A DNA stretch of 64,000 bases, taken from Candidatus Aenigmatarchaeota archaeon (GTDB lineage: Archaea > Aenigmatarchaeota > Aenigmatarchaeia > QMZP01). The number at the start of each line of letters is the position of its first letter. Positions within the stretch are counted from its first letter, which is position 1. Shown one piece after another: positions 47,456 through 58,700 of the stretch. The notes below the pieces were generated by a model. It was not told the origin of the DNA and did no database searches. It worked only from the letters and a program-made list of their open reading frames with translations. Both the position numbers and the translations under genes were made by a program. The stretch is taken from NCBI GenBank assembly GCA_043824495.1, contig JBDRSV010000005.1, positions 32,001-96,000 on the forward strand, given 5' to 3'.

Positions 47456-48100
47456 TCAACCACACAAGAATCTAATGAGTTCTGGTATTGATCTTCCACC
47501 TAATTTTGGGGTTTCTTCTGCTAATTCTGGCCAATTGAAATCATATACACTACCTATTACATTTCCAAGCTCAGCTGCTAAAATAGTATCTTCTGGACTA
47601 ACACATAAGAGACTCTTTCCCCATACTTCTATTGCTTTGCCTGCATCGATGGGTTTATCAGTTAAGTAAGCAACAGGTTCAAAATCATCTTGTGCCATCT
47701 CGCTTCCTACTGCTCTAAAAGAATCTGGATTTTCCCTACTTCTACTACCAAAAGAATAATAACCATCTACTAAAGGATCTATTCCCAGAGCTTTGTATGT
47801 TCTCTGAGACTCATCAACTGTTGCTCCTGCAGCTACAACAAAACCTAACCCTAAATCTCTTATAGCTGTGATGACGTCTGGAATAATAGGATGTATAAGC
47901 TCACGTGTTGGTTTATCAAGTCTCTGTGTCCTAATCGCAGCTGTTACAAGTTTGTATGCATATCTTCTTCTTTGACTTGATGGTTGTCTTTCTATGTCAT
48001 CCCATATTAATTGCCGTCCCAAATACGCCTTAATATGAGGAACTTCTAATAAACTTGGAGTTAGGGTATCATCTGTGTTAGTAGCTACTACGTATTTCAT
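47456..48100 (-). CDS. Degenerate HAD-like protein
   Basis: VATNTDDTL resembles HAD motif I without the first Asp; YLTDKPIDA resembles motif IV. Confidence 0.4.
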   Translation of the reverse strand: MKYVVATNTDDTLTPSLLEVPHIKAYLGRQLIWDDIERQPSSQRRRYAYKLVTAAIRTQRLDKPTRELIHPIIPDVITAIRDLGLGFVVAAGATVDESQRTYKALGIDPLVDGYYSFGSRSRENPDSFRAVGSEMAQDDFEPVAYLTDKPIDAGKAIEVWGKSLLCVSPEDTILAAELGNVIGSVYDFNWPELAEETPKLGGRSIPELIRFLCG

Positions 48101-48287
48101 ATTTGATCACTAGAAGTAAAATTTAAAAGGGTTTTATGTCATCTTAATATCTCATAATCTCTTGCCAAATTTTTTGATTTCTTAAGTGTAAGGTCAACAT
48201 TTATACCATGCTCTTCCAAGACCTGCATCATCTCATCAAGTTTTCCTCACCTAAAATAATGTCCGTTGATGTCACTGATTCTTCCTG

Positions 48288-51200
48288 CTAGCAAGTAGGT
48301 TCAGGTGCACCTGCAAACAAGTGGTCAATCATAATTGCTAGATCAAGAGCTGTTGGGAAACCATCTCCGTCCAGATCAGCTATCCATGGAGGATCAGGTA
48401 ATGGGTGTCCAGCGAATAGAATGTCAATCATGATTGCAAGGTCAAGAGCTGTTAAGAAACCATCTTTGTCCAGGTCGCCGCAAATATCTAGAGTAGAGAT
48501 TTCAAGTTCTCTGAAATTTATGTCATAATTTCCATTTTGATCTGTAGCTGAAATCGCATACAAATACTCGTCTCCTATGGTACCTTCAACATTCCAGCTT
48601 ACAATAACTGAAGTGCCTGGATTGATTGATCCTAGAGGCTGTGAGATTGGATCTATTACAAAAAAATCATCACTTATATTCAAGGAAGCGACAGTGTTGA
48701 TGAGAGTATAATCTCCGAGATTTGTTATTTCAGCTGAGATTGTGGTTGTTTCACTTACTTCTGGAGATTCTGGAAAATGCATCATACCACTTACTTGAAT
48801 AACTGGAGGCGATAAGACATCTATTCCTTCTACTATTGTCTTGAATCCGGTGTCAGATGAATCTGCTGCTAAAACAAAGTTGTGTTCGCCTGAGTGTATT
48901 ATTTTCATAGGAATATTAGCTACATCTGTTTGTCCTGCTGACAGGCTTGATATGGCATATGTAACATCAGAAGTGGCATAGAACGGTGTTATTAGTCTCA
49001 CTTCTATATCATTAATTTGTGATCCTAGTAGATTTTCAACTGAAACAGTTGCAGTGAAAGTCTGATTCACATCTACTACTAAAGGGATTGTGAGTGTCAC
49101 ATCAAGACCTGGGTCAACTGTGAAGAAGGAGAGGTCAAAACAATCTTCGGTAGTTGTTGTTACTTCAAAATCTCCGTTATCAACATAATCTGTACTTGTG
49201 ATTATAAAGCTCTTGGAAACTGAGCTAGAAGGCGGTATGGTAAGACTATCAAAGTCATTTAAGATTAAAATTTCGCTTGGTATTGTGTGCTGTGGAGCAA
49301 ATTGGACAGTCTCTTCTATTAGAGGTGTTCTTACATTTATTTCTGAATTCACGTTTTGTGTAATTGCTCCATTGTTCTGGAATTCAATTGTCAAATTCAC
49401 ATCTTCTCCGAAAATATAATCTGATTTGTCTGTAGATGTTGTGATGGTAAGATCACAGGAGTTTAGGCTTGAGAATGATTTTGGAGGCATAGGAGGCGTG
49501 GGTTTTGATGTATTATATTCTTTTATAAGACTTGTCTTATTTCCTGTGTTAGGATCTTGAGTAACTGGAGCAGCTGTAGGTCTTCCAGTTCTTGGTCCAC
49601 CTTCACAAGAATGATCTCTCCAATAGTCCTCTTGTGTTACACCTGTGTCTTCGTAGCCACCAGTTGCATCTAGAATCAGCCACTGAGTTCCATTCCAGTA
49701 TTCTGCCCAGCAGTGATAGTTCCATAAGCTTGTAGCAGTTTTTCTAACCCATTGTCCTGTAACAGCCCTTGCTGGAATATTCTCTGCTCTGAGTTTACCA
49801 ACCAGAACCATACAGTTATCACTACATTCGCCATCTGCCCAGCCGCTTGGACCTGTTGATCCATTTGAGTGAGCTAATAAAGCATTTAGGTATGTTTTAA
49901 TGTTTGCATAACAACCGTTTCCGTAAGTTGTATGCTCAGTTACCCATTCTCTCTTTTTCTTTGCAGCATCATCCTCGTCTGTCGTTCCATTTTCAATCTC
50001 ATTTATTTCTCTAGTATACAGCGCATTATAAATATCAAGTTGTACTACTCTTCCAATCTCTCTAGCAGGGCTCCATCTTGTGTCATAAAGTGACTCGTTT
50101 GTTCCGTGTTTCCATTGCAACCACTCTGCATTTGACCAGCTTGCAGGTTTCGTCATACTGAAAATAACTGTAAAATCTCTTGTTATGTCTATTGTGTCTA
50201 TTCCATTGGTTATTGAAATTGTAGCGGTGTATTTACCAATTGGTCCAGCAGCAGATGTTGAGATCTTGAAAACTTCGTAATGAAATCCTTCTGGTGCAAT
50301 TAATTTTTTCTTGCTTAACACCTCGGTTGCATTCAGTTTGTTACCTAAAGAATCAACAACAGTTATGTTTTTAGCTGATAGGTTGTTTCTTTTCACAATA
50401 TAAATATAGACATCTTCTCCTCTCCTGTAAGTTGTAGCTTCATATCTCTTGTCATTGTTTGCAACTGTGACACTTATCTCGTTCAGTATCAAAGGTGTGA
50501 CAGCATTCACTCTAATGTCAAAGAAAATATTATCAAAGCCACCAAAATTATCATCCACCAAAACCTCAATAAAATAATCCCCAGCATCTCCAATACCTGT
50601 CTGCCAGAAAAAGTCTCCAGTAATAGGATCTATTACTGGACAATCCAAAACTCCACATTCAGCTTGTGTTAGTGAATAAGTGACAAGATCGTCTCCGCAT
50701 ATTTGCATGTCTAAGTCAACTGCATTGGCAGAAGTAAAAGCGAAATCTCCTTCGTTAATTGTAATGGTGGAAATTGGATCTAGTTCTGGAAGCCTGTTGA
50801 TATTAAGGACGTTTATAGAAACGTCTGAAGATCCTAGAGGAACATAACATTCTTGGCCTGCTTCAGAGGTAAATATATAATATTCAGACTGACAGTTATT
50901 AGGAGTCCAAGTAAATGTGCCTTGAACTTCTCCTGGAGCTGATACTGTTGGATAAGTTGCTCCTGGAGGTAAATTATTTGACCATGTGCAAATAGGTAGT
51001 GCTGGGTTTGGAGGATTCCATCCCCAAGTCATATAAAATTCAAGTAGCTCTCCTTCTTCTACATCACAAAAACATTCTCCAAAATTCACACATTCTGGCT
51101 CTTCAAAGTTACAATAATACTGAGCGTCTTTGTTTGATGAATCGGATGAAACCATGCTTTGTATAGAAGATGGTATAGGCTCAATTTGTAATGTATTTTG

Positions 51201-51353
51201 AGAACCTGAAGTTATTATTAGATTTTTTGTCTCTTCTGTAAAAGAAATTCGACCTGGTTTTTGAGTAAGCTCAATTGCATTTATGGTACCCATAGCTAGA
51301 ATTATTCCAAGAACCAAAGACACAACAATTGTAATTTTCGTTGCAGCTAGCAA
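48288..51353 (-). CDS. Secreted transglutaminase-like (Cys-His-Asp) protein with Ig/CARDB-like domains and a C-terminal dockerin-like module
   Basis: GECSDNCMVLVGKLRAENIPARAVTG, YHCWAEYW, LILDATG; NRLPELDPI cadherin-like domain; CGDLDKDGFLTALD/ADLDGDGFPTALD. Confidence 0.82.
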   Translation of the reverse strand: MLAATKITIVVSLVLGIILAMGTINAIELTQKPGRISFTEETKNLIITSGSQNTLQIEPIPSSIQSMVSSDSSNKDAQYYCNFEEPECVNFGECFCDVEEGELLEFYMTWGWNPPNPALPICTWSNNLPPGATYPTVSAPGEVQGTFTWTPNNCQSEYYIFTSEAGQECYVPLGSSDVSINVLNINRLPELDPISTITINEGDFAFTSANAVDLDMQICGDDLVTYSLTQAECGVLDCPVIDPITGDFFWQTGIGDAGDYFIEVLVDDNFGGFDNIFFDIRVNAVTPLILNEISVTVANNDKRYEATTYRRGEDVYIYIVKRNNLSAKNITVVDSLGNKLNATEVLSKKKLIAPEGFHYEVFKISTSAAGPIGKYTATISITNGIDTIDITRDFTVIFSMTKPASWSNAEWLQWKHGTNESLYDTRWSPAREIGRVVQLDIYNALYTREINEIENGTTDEDDAAKKKREWVTEHTTYGNGCYANIKTYLNALLAHSNGSTGPSGWADGECSDNCMVLVGKLRAENIPARAVTGQWVRKTATSLWNYHCWAEYWNGTQWLILDATGGYEDTGVTQEDYWRDHSCEGGPRTGRPTAAPVTQDPNTGNKTSLIKEYNTSKPTPPMPPKSFSSLNSCDLTITTSTDKSDYIFGEDVNLTIEFQNNGAITQNVNSEINVRTPLIEETVQFAPQHTIPSEILILNDFDSLTIPPSSSVSKSFIITSTDYVDNGDFEVTTTTEDCFDLSFFTVDPGLDVTLTIPLVVDVNQTFTATVSVENLLGSQINDIEVRLITPFYATSDVTYAISSLSAGQTDVANIPMKIIHSGEHNFVLAADSSDTGFKTIVEGIDVLSPPVIQVSGMMHFPESPEVSETTTISAEITNLGDYTLINTVASLNISDDFFVIDPISQPLGSINPGTSVIVSWNVEGTIGDEYLYAISATDQNGNYDINFRELEISTLDICGDLDKDGFLTALDLAIMIDILFAGHPLPDPPWIADLDGDGFPTALDLAIMIDHLFAGAPEPTC

Positions 51354-51479
51354 ATTATCACACCTTAATCTAAATGAAATTATACTCTTTTAAAAAAAGG
51401 ATGGATTGAAGTTTTATAAAACCATGTGGTGTTTAAGACAATCAGTAAGAATTAATATATTGTCCATACAAGCGGGTTG

Positions 51480-51746
51480 TTACCAACCACAAAGCATCTT
51501 CTTCTCAGCGTGACTTAGGGTTTTGATCTTCTCTTTGAGACTATGAGCTTCTTTTCTTGTTTTACACACATGAGACCATACTAAACGGACAATACTAGGT
51601 CCGCTCTTTTTATTCTCTTTTTTCTTGTAGTTTAGATTTTCTATATGAGAACTCATCTCAGTTAGGATATTTGATGTGTCTCCTACGTAGAAATTAGTGA
51701 ACTTTCTGTCTTTGTAGCATTTTAACATGTACACCCAGTAAGTCAT
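51480..51746 (-). CDS. GIY-YIG nuclease-like small protein
   Basis: YWVYMLKC...FYVGDTSN...KTRKEA; the catalytic Arg/Glu look degenerate. Confidence 0.65.
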   Translation of the reverse strand: MTYWVYMLKCYKDRKFTNFYVGDTSNILTEMSSHIENLNYKKKENKKSGPSIVRLVWSHVCKTRKEAHSLKEKIKTLSHAEKKMLCGW

Positions 51747-51789
51747 AAACTAGACTTGGAATTAGGGTTTAAAAAGATTTGTTAGGGTA

Positions 51790-51930
51790 TTATTCTAATT
51801 TTTTTATTATGTATTCAGCGTACCAAGCAGGCCAATTTTCATCTCTGTGTCCAAGCTGAGTTTCATATACTCCATGAGCTTTCTCAGCTTCTTTTAAGAG
51901 CTCTTCTAATTTTTCTTTTGTTAATATCAT
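51790..51930 (-). CDS. 46-aa small helical protein
   Basis: Manual translation MILTKEKLEELLKEAEKAHGVYETQLGHRDENWPAWYAEYIIKKLE; below the track cutoff. Confidence 0.65.
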   Translation of the reverse strand: MILTKEKLEELLKEAEKAHGVYETQLGHRDENWPAWYAEYIIKKLE

Positions 51931-51945
51931 TAATATCAAATATGA

Positions 51946-54900
51946 TTACATACATGTCCATGTGTTTGTGTACTTATCATATTCACAGTCAGTTCCTTGG
52001 TCACCGTTTCCAGTGCTTGGAGATTCATCTGGTGTTGCAGTTATATACTCCCAATTAGTTTCACATCCATATAATGCATTACATCCCCTTACAGCAAATT
52101 CATATGTATTGCTAGGGTTTAGACCATTGAATTCAACTTCATTTGGATAATCTTTATCAGGTAACGGTCCTGTTACACTCCAGGCGTCACCAACTTTTCT
52201 CATCTTAACCTCATAAATACTTGCTCCTCTACTACCCCAAGTAAGCTTTACTGACCAGATATCAGTTGTTGCAATTATGTTATTAACTGATGGTATGACT
52301 GATCCTTGGTTAAGTCCCTTTTTAATTGAAATATCATCTATGTAATTGAATGGTTGTGCATATCCTCCTCTGCTGTTTATATTTGTTTTTACTGTTCCTG
52401 GGACATCATCTGACAAGCTATTCCCACTATGGAAATCACATGAATATTCAGCCCAGTCGCTTGTTGGGTAGACTTCACATCGCATAAGATTTTTCCATGG
52501 ATTTGGAGATTCAGGTCTTCGTCTCTCTACCCAGAATAACTGAGTTGATCCATTTAAAGGATCTCCTTTCTTTGCCCAGAAAGAGAATGCATAATCTGTG
52601 TCTGCTTCAAGTACAATGTCGTGTTGCCATGGCTCCCAACTATTTACACTCTGCACGCAATAATCTCCTGTATGGCAGTCTGTATCTACACCATCTTCTG
52701 CTATGAATGCTGAATCATCTGCAGGTTCATTTACCCATCCCCAGTTCTCTACGTTATTACCATTTATTGTTTCAAATCCATGGTTCAATACATAATTCTG
52801 CTCAACAGTGAATGTTCCTGGAGTAGCAGCAGAACAATCGCCTTGTGAGTCACAAACAAATGCATAATACTGGTTAGTTCCAATATCATCTTCTGTTGTT
52901 GTGTAAATGCATGTGGAAGGACTTGTACCATCTAGAGATGATTCACACCAATCACCGCCTGTACAAAAAGCAGGTGCTCCAGGAGTGATAGCATTTGTTC
53001 TGCAAATATGAGCTCTTACCAAATCGGTTGGGTTATCGTCTGTCCAATCAGTAGTAAATGTAATAACTTCTCCTATGCTTACACTATTAGGATTTTCTGT
53101 AACGCCTACAATTGTAGGAACAATATTTAACTGTAAGAATTCATTCTCAACTATCATGTTACCCATTATATCATATACATAGTGATAGATAGCAACTATT
53201 TGTCCTGACGCCACATCTTCTACAGCCCTTCTAACTCTTAATCCGCTATAATCATAATCATAATACTCTTTTATGCCCTGTCCTGTTAAGTCTGCAGCTG
53301 CCATTCTATTTTCAGGATCATAAGTGAATACAGCTGATATACAATCAGGTTCTCCTGAACATACTTTTGTTTGTAGATTACCTCTCTCATCATACTGCAT
53401 GTTTATTACTGGAACACTTGCTGAAAGTACTTGTTTAAGTGCTTGACTGCTTCCACTAACCTCAAATGCATATTGGTATGTTTTTGTTGGTTCTCCTGCT
53501 CTTGTTTCATCTTGTCTGTTCCCTGCCTTATCATAATTATATGTCGCTTCACCAAATGGTGTATCTTCATAAACTAACCTATGTACATTATCATATCTGA
53601 ATTCTTTGTTTGGTTGTCCAGGTGATGTAATTGTCTCCACATTACCTACGTCATCATGTATGTATGACTCAGAAAAGTGTGTTGTTCCTAGTTTTGTTGT
53701 AACTACATCTGTGACCCAATCTCTACTTGGATGATAACTATAATCTGTTTGAACCGTGTTACCAAATGTTACCAAGTCCATTGTTCCTGTTGGGTTGTAT
53801 ATGATAGACGCAGAAAATGTTCCGTCCTCAATTCCTTCAACTTGACCAAATGCATTGTAAATATAACTAACTGTTACACCGCCTTCAGGATAAGTAATTG
53901 TTCTTATGGAATCTGATTCAGTGTATGTATATGTTGTTGTATATGTTCCTTCATTCATGATGTTTTTTGTTATTGAATCTAGTCTACCAAAACTATCATA
54001 ACCTAGTGTAGTTATTATTACATTGCTTCCAGATCCTTCTGTTATTGTGCAAAGTTTTCCAGAATGACATACATCATAAACAAAAGTCACATCCCTCCAA
54101 GGAGAAGGGTAATTTATTGTTTTTAATCTATCTAATTCATCATAAGTATATGTCATTGTAACGGTTCCGTGTGTTTTTGTTCTAGTGTTTCCATGATCAT
54201 CGTATGTGTAACCAATTGATCCAATATCTGGATTGGCAAATGCACTTAGTCTGTGTAGGCTGTCATAACCATAATCTGTTAAATGATTTTCAGCATCTGT
54301 GATGGTATCTATGTTATCAACTGCTGTATATAAAAAATCATTTTCATAATCGTAATTATTTCCATCTGTTGAGTTCTCTTTTAGAGTTACTATGTTTCCC
54401 CAACCATCAAAAGAAGACATTTTCCATTTATTTTCTTCATCCATTACCTTTGTGTATTCTTTTCCAGAACTATCTATACCATGATTTGTCTGAATCGTTG
54501 TAGAATCAGGGTTTGTTATTGTTGTTATTCTGCTTAAAGGGTCTCCAGCAATATATGAAAATACTGTACCTGCACCTGCAGTTTCTCCTGTTGCAGTTCT
54601 ATGAGTAGTTTGTATTCTTCCAGAAGTATCATAATCTGTTTGTGTGTTTATCTTTTTTGTTGCGTCTCCTGCATCTTGTATGACAGTTTTAAAATTTCTT
54701 CCATGTGCATCATAATATGATGTAGTAGTTGCATCCTTACCAGCAATAGAATCAATTATAGAAGTTGCTGTTACTGTTTCAGGTCCACTTTTTGATATGT
54801 CATATGTGTAAAGTATGTCCGGATTTTCACTAGTTCCCTCTTGTATAGCTTTCCACAATCTTCCATAGTTATCATATTCATATGTTGTTGTTGCGCCACC

Positions 54901-55752
54901 AAATGGTGTTATTGTTTTTGGTTTTCTCAATTCATTATCCCATGTATAACTTGCTGAATAACTGCCGGGTCCTGTTTCTGATTGGAGTAATCCATCTGTA
55001 GTGTAACCATATGTAACTGTTTGACTCATTGCATCCTCTCCTGTGCCGCCTTCTGTTGCAAGTATTTTTGGTGGGATAGTCATACTCAATGGCTGGCTAA
55101 AACTGTTATATTCCCCATAAGTTGTGGTAATCCATCTAATATCATCTGCATAATAATCCTGCGTTGTTTCAGGAACTACTCTTTCAAGATCATATAAATT
55201 ACAATTCCTTGTTTCGTCTGGCTTATCAAATGTGGTTCCACAAGTATCTGGATCTACATCAGTGCAGGTTCTTGTTTGTTGACCTAATGTGCATGCTCCC
55301 CAATTTGTACATTGCCAATCTTCAGGGCAAGGACAGTTGTCATCTAATGGATTTCCAGGAGGATATTTATCTTGGCATGCACCCCATGTAGTTATACTAA
55401 AACCCAAAAAATTTCCTGGAATACATTGCATTTGACCATTACATATCTGATCATTTGCCTCATAACTACAATCAGCAGTTGCTCCTGGACTAGCACATTC
55501 ACAGTTAAATGCTGGAACTCCTATTCCTTGAAAATTACTAGGACATGTTTGAGGTGTCCATCCACCGGAAGCACATGTTTGTGTTCCATAACATTTTACT
55601 GCAGCACCAAGACATGTGGGCGTTATATCACCATTTACGTCATAGCATGTGGTGCATGTATCTGTACTACCTATCTGACAAAAAGCGTCTGATGTATTGG
55701 TTAACATAGCTAAAACAAATACTGTAACTAATATTGTATATATTATTTTCAT
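51946..55752 (-). CDS. RHS/YD-repeat middle subunit with Cys-rich N-terminus and C-terminal Ig-like, CBM-like and FN3-like domains; lacks the RHS core
   Basis: Signal peptide; many YD repeats (YEYDNYGRL, YTYDELDRL, FRYDNVHRL, YNYDKAGNR, FTYDPENRM); repeats stop at YVYDIMGNMIVENE; NHGFE...YAFSFWAK; FNGLNPSNTYEFAVRGCN. Confidence 0.88.
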   Translation of the reverse strand: MKIIYTILVTVFVLAMLTNTSDAFCQIGSTDTCTTCYDVNGDITPTCLGAAVKCYGTQTCASGGWTPQTCPSNFQGIGVPAFNCECASPGATADCSYEANDQICNGQMQCIPGNFLGFSITTWGACQDKYPPGNPLDDNCPCPEDWQCTNWGACTLGQQTRTCTDVDPDTCGTTFDKPDETRNCNLYDLERVVPETTQDYYADDIRWITTTYGEYNSFSQPLSMTIPPKILATEGGTGEDAMSQTVTYGYTTDGLLQSETGPGSYSASYTWDNELRKPKTITPFGGATTTYEYDNYGRLWKAIQEGTSENPDILYTYDISKSGPETVTATSIIDSIAGKDATTTSYYDAHGRNFKTVIQDAGDATKKINTQTDYDTSGRIQTTHRTATGETAGAGTVFSYIAGDPLSRITTITNPDSTTIQTNHGIDSSGKEYTKVMDEENKWKMSSFDGWGNIVTLKENSTDGNNYDYENDFLYTAVDNIDTITDAENHLTDYGYDSLHRLSAFANPDIGSIGYTYDDHGNTRTKTHGTVTMTYTYDELDRLKTINYPSPWRDVTFVYDVCHSGKLCTITEGSGSNVIITTLGYDSFGRLDSITKNIMNEGTYTTTYTYTESDSIRTITYPEGGVTVSYIYNAFGQVEGIEDGTFSASIIYNPTGTMDLVTFGNTVQTDYSYHPSRDWVTDVVTTKLGTTHFSESYIHDDVGNVETITSPGQPNKEFRYDNVHRLVYEDTPFGEATYNYDKAGNRQDETRAGEPTKTYQYAFEVSGSSQALKQVLSASVPVINMQYDERGNLQTKVCSGEPDCISAVFTYDPENRMAAADLTGQGIKEYYDYDYSGLRVRRAVEDVASGQIVAIYHYVYDIMGNMIVENEFLQLNIVPTIVGVTENPNSVSIGEVITFTTDWTDDNPTDLVRAHICRTNAITPGAPAFCTGGDWCESSLDGTSPSTCIYTTTEDDIGTNQYYAFVCDSQGDCSAATPGTFTVEQNYVLNHGFETINGNNVENWGWVNEPADDSAFIAEDGVDTDCHTGDYCVQSVNSWEPWQHDIVLEADTDYAFSFWAKKGDPLNGSTQLFWVERRRPESPNPWKNLMRCEVYPTSDWAEYSCDFHSGNSLSDDVPGTVKTNINSRGGYAQPFNYIDDISIKKGLNQGSVIPSVNNIIATTDIWSVKLTWGSRGASIYEVKMRKVGDAWSVTGPLPDKDYPNEVEFNGLNPSNTYEFAVRGCNALYGCETNWEYITATPDESPSTGNGDQGTDCEYDKYTNTWTCM

Positions 55753-58700
55753 TATTCATACACCTTATATTCTGTTTTTGTTAAAAGTCCACCTGGGCTA
55801 TTTATTTGTGAAGGTAGTGTGAGCATGAATTTATTGGATAGTCTATCTTTAACATTTGTATCTGGATCAGAGGCGAATGCGTATGAGATTGATGTAGTTT
55901 TTGCTGCTCCGCTTGAAGGTGTTAGAGTTGTGCCTGTAGACAATATGATTGTTTCATGTGGTAATTGGCCTGTTCTTGCGAAAGAGGCATAAGAGTAAGA
56001 TATTGAAGATATTGATGTATAAGATGGGTTCGTCCAATCGTATAATTTTGTAGTTGTGGAATCTGGTAAATCAATTGTTTTCCAGAAAAGTGCTGTTCTT
56101 GTGTGATCGTAAGCCGGATCTTCTACAGTTATTGGACCAGTTTCAAATTCATTATTAGAATAACTACCTCTAGCTACTGATACTTCTTTAACCAATCCGA
56201 GTGTTGTGTCTCCAGTAAAACTACCAGTAGATTTGTAATATCTTACAAGTTCTGGATATCCCATGAAACCATCATTCTTATCTGGGATTAATGTGGCTGA
56301 TTGTTTTCCTGGGATATTCTCACACCAACGTCTGGAATTATGATAAAAACACAAAAAACTCCCACTGAAAACAGTTGATTGCTTACCACTTGATTCAAAT
56401 TGATCAGTAGAGTAATATGTTATTATGTGTCCTATCCCACCTGGTAAGGTTAGTTTAGTTTTTGGATAATAGACAAATTCACCTACATCATCAAATGAAC
56501 TTGGAAGGAAGTAATAATCACCAGTAGCAGACAGTCTTTCTTGTACAAATTTATCTGGTATTCTATTTATATTACCTGCGTCTCCTATTCCTGATTCAGC
56601 TAAGTAGTCTTGTGTATATACATATGAATCCCCTGAAGGATCCTCAACCGTTGTTGAGATGAGCCTTGCCCCGCCCATTCTGTATATATATTGACCATCA
56701 TTGTCTTGGAATACTGTATTACCTCTAGTATCTACAATATTGAATTGTTGATTGATTTTATGTGTTTCGTAATTATATGTGACTTTCAGTCCTGTTGGAT
56801 AGCTTATTTTATACAGACTCCAAACCTCTGCATCTGCTAGATCTACACCTGCGAATGCCCCTTCTGAATCTAAATTCATCCCATCTGGATTTGATGTGTA
56901 ATATCCAAATAAGTCTCTATAATCATATAAACTTGTCCTACTACATCCTGGTAATAATGCTGGTCCAGGATTATATGCAAACTCATAAGGTTCCAGAGTA
57001 TCAATAGCAGTCTTGCCCTGGACGTTTATTTGTGTGAGCATTAATTTGCTTTGATGAGTTCCATCCGGTATTGTGTTTCCAGCATCATTATCTATACATA
57101 CAGTAGGACTGTATTCATTTATTCCACTAGCTAGATTATTATTCTGGTTATAGACGAAACTAATAACATTTAATGTTGAACTTTTTGATAGTGTGATTGA
57201 GTTAAGATGTTTGGTTGCCTCTTTACTACCTCCATCACTATTATAATCTATCTCATATTCTGATAACAAATAATTAGCTGGTGTTGCAACACCATCACCT
57301 ACAAAAGTAAATGTTGCAGTGTGACCACTGGATGTTGTTACTGTATTTGGATATGCAATCTCTCTATATATAACTCTACTATCAGGACCAGTTCCATCAA
57401 AATCATAATGATAATCAACTACATCATAATTAATTGCTATCCAACTGCCTGCATTGTTTCCATCTGTTGGATCAAGTACATTCCCTGCACTATCCCTGTA
57501 GCCAGGAGAGAGAATTGCTGTTAATTTCCATTCCATAGCTCCTTTAGGAGAAGCTGGTAATCTTGATACATCTCCATTGTCATAGGCATCTACATAGGAC
57601 TCTTTTACTGGTTGATTGTAAACAAATTTTGTTCCATCTGCTGTGATTAGGACAAATCCATCATAATCATATCCATACTGGACTGTTTTTGTTGTTCCCA
57701 ATATGTTTAATCTGTATGGTGTATTAGCACTTTTTGGTTCGAATTCTGGATTCTCTACTGTTCCAAAATTAAAGAATTTATCTCCCCCGCTTGGGAATGT
57801 AACATACATTGCATCTCCTACAACATCAGCTCTTGTATGAGAATATGTGGTTGGTTCAATTGTATCTTCTCTACAATCATTTGGACAAGCAGATGTTGAA
57901 CCCATCAGATCATTAGCACCATCATAACTCTCTCCAAATTCACATCTCCCATTATTATTACAGGAGCCAACCGCTACTGCAGCACAATCGCTTGGAGCAC
58001 AATAATAATTCTCTCCTCCACCTACTGTTGTCTGACATGTTCCATCAGAAGTGCTTGGAGTTTGACTCCAACAATCTAAATTACAATTAAACCATGTTTC
58101 ACCAATGTCACATACTCCATTACCACAACCTTGTGTACAAGTTGAATCAATAAAACAAGGTGCGGATTGAGAACATTTAGTAAGATCGACATTTCCAGAT
58201 GCACAGTATATTGCCTCACAATCATTCCCATCATAACATTCACTGGAAAAACAAACTTCTTCATTATTGACACCATATGTACTTACACTACAAGATCCCC
58301 AATAATCTGGTGTCCAGCAACTTCCGGCCTGGTCTTTGCATGGATATTCACCATCATCTTCATCACCGGGACCACCAAAATAACAATCAGTATCATCTTG
58401 TAGTTGTGGACAAACTTGATCTTGGCCAACAGTTATTTTTGGCCAACACCATCCATAATTAGTATTAGGATTAAAACAAGGGCGATCTATATTAGGGCAA
58501 GCATCTGAATCATCAGACGTGCCCCCTGTACACTGTTCTGCTTCACAATTGTGATTCCAATTGGTACAATCTAAACCGCCTGGATTTATGTTTGGCGGAT
58601 CGCATGCAGGAACACCGCCTTGTAACCCACCTGGATGTGTTTGATATTCACCACATTCACAAATATTATCACTTGCAGATGTTGTTCCAGTACAATCTTT

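Noticed and set aside
51480-51746. Homing endonuclease or mobility gene for the RHS locus
   Set aside because: It is a short stand-alone GIY-YIG-like protein with degenerate catalytic residues, and no intron, intein or flanking repeat was seen.
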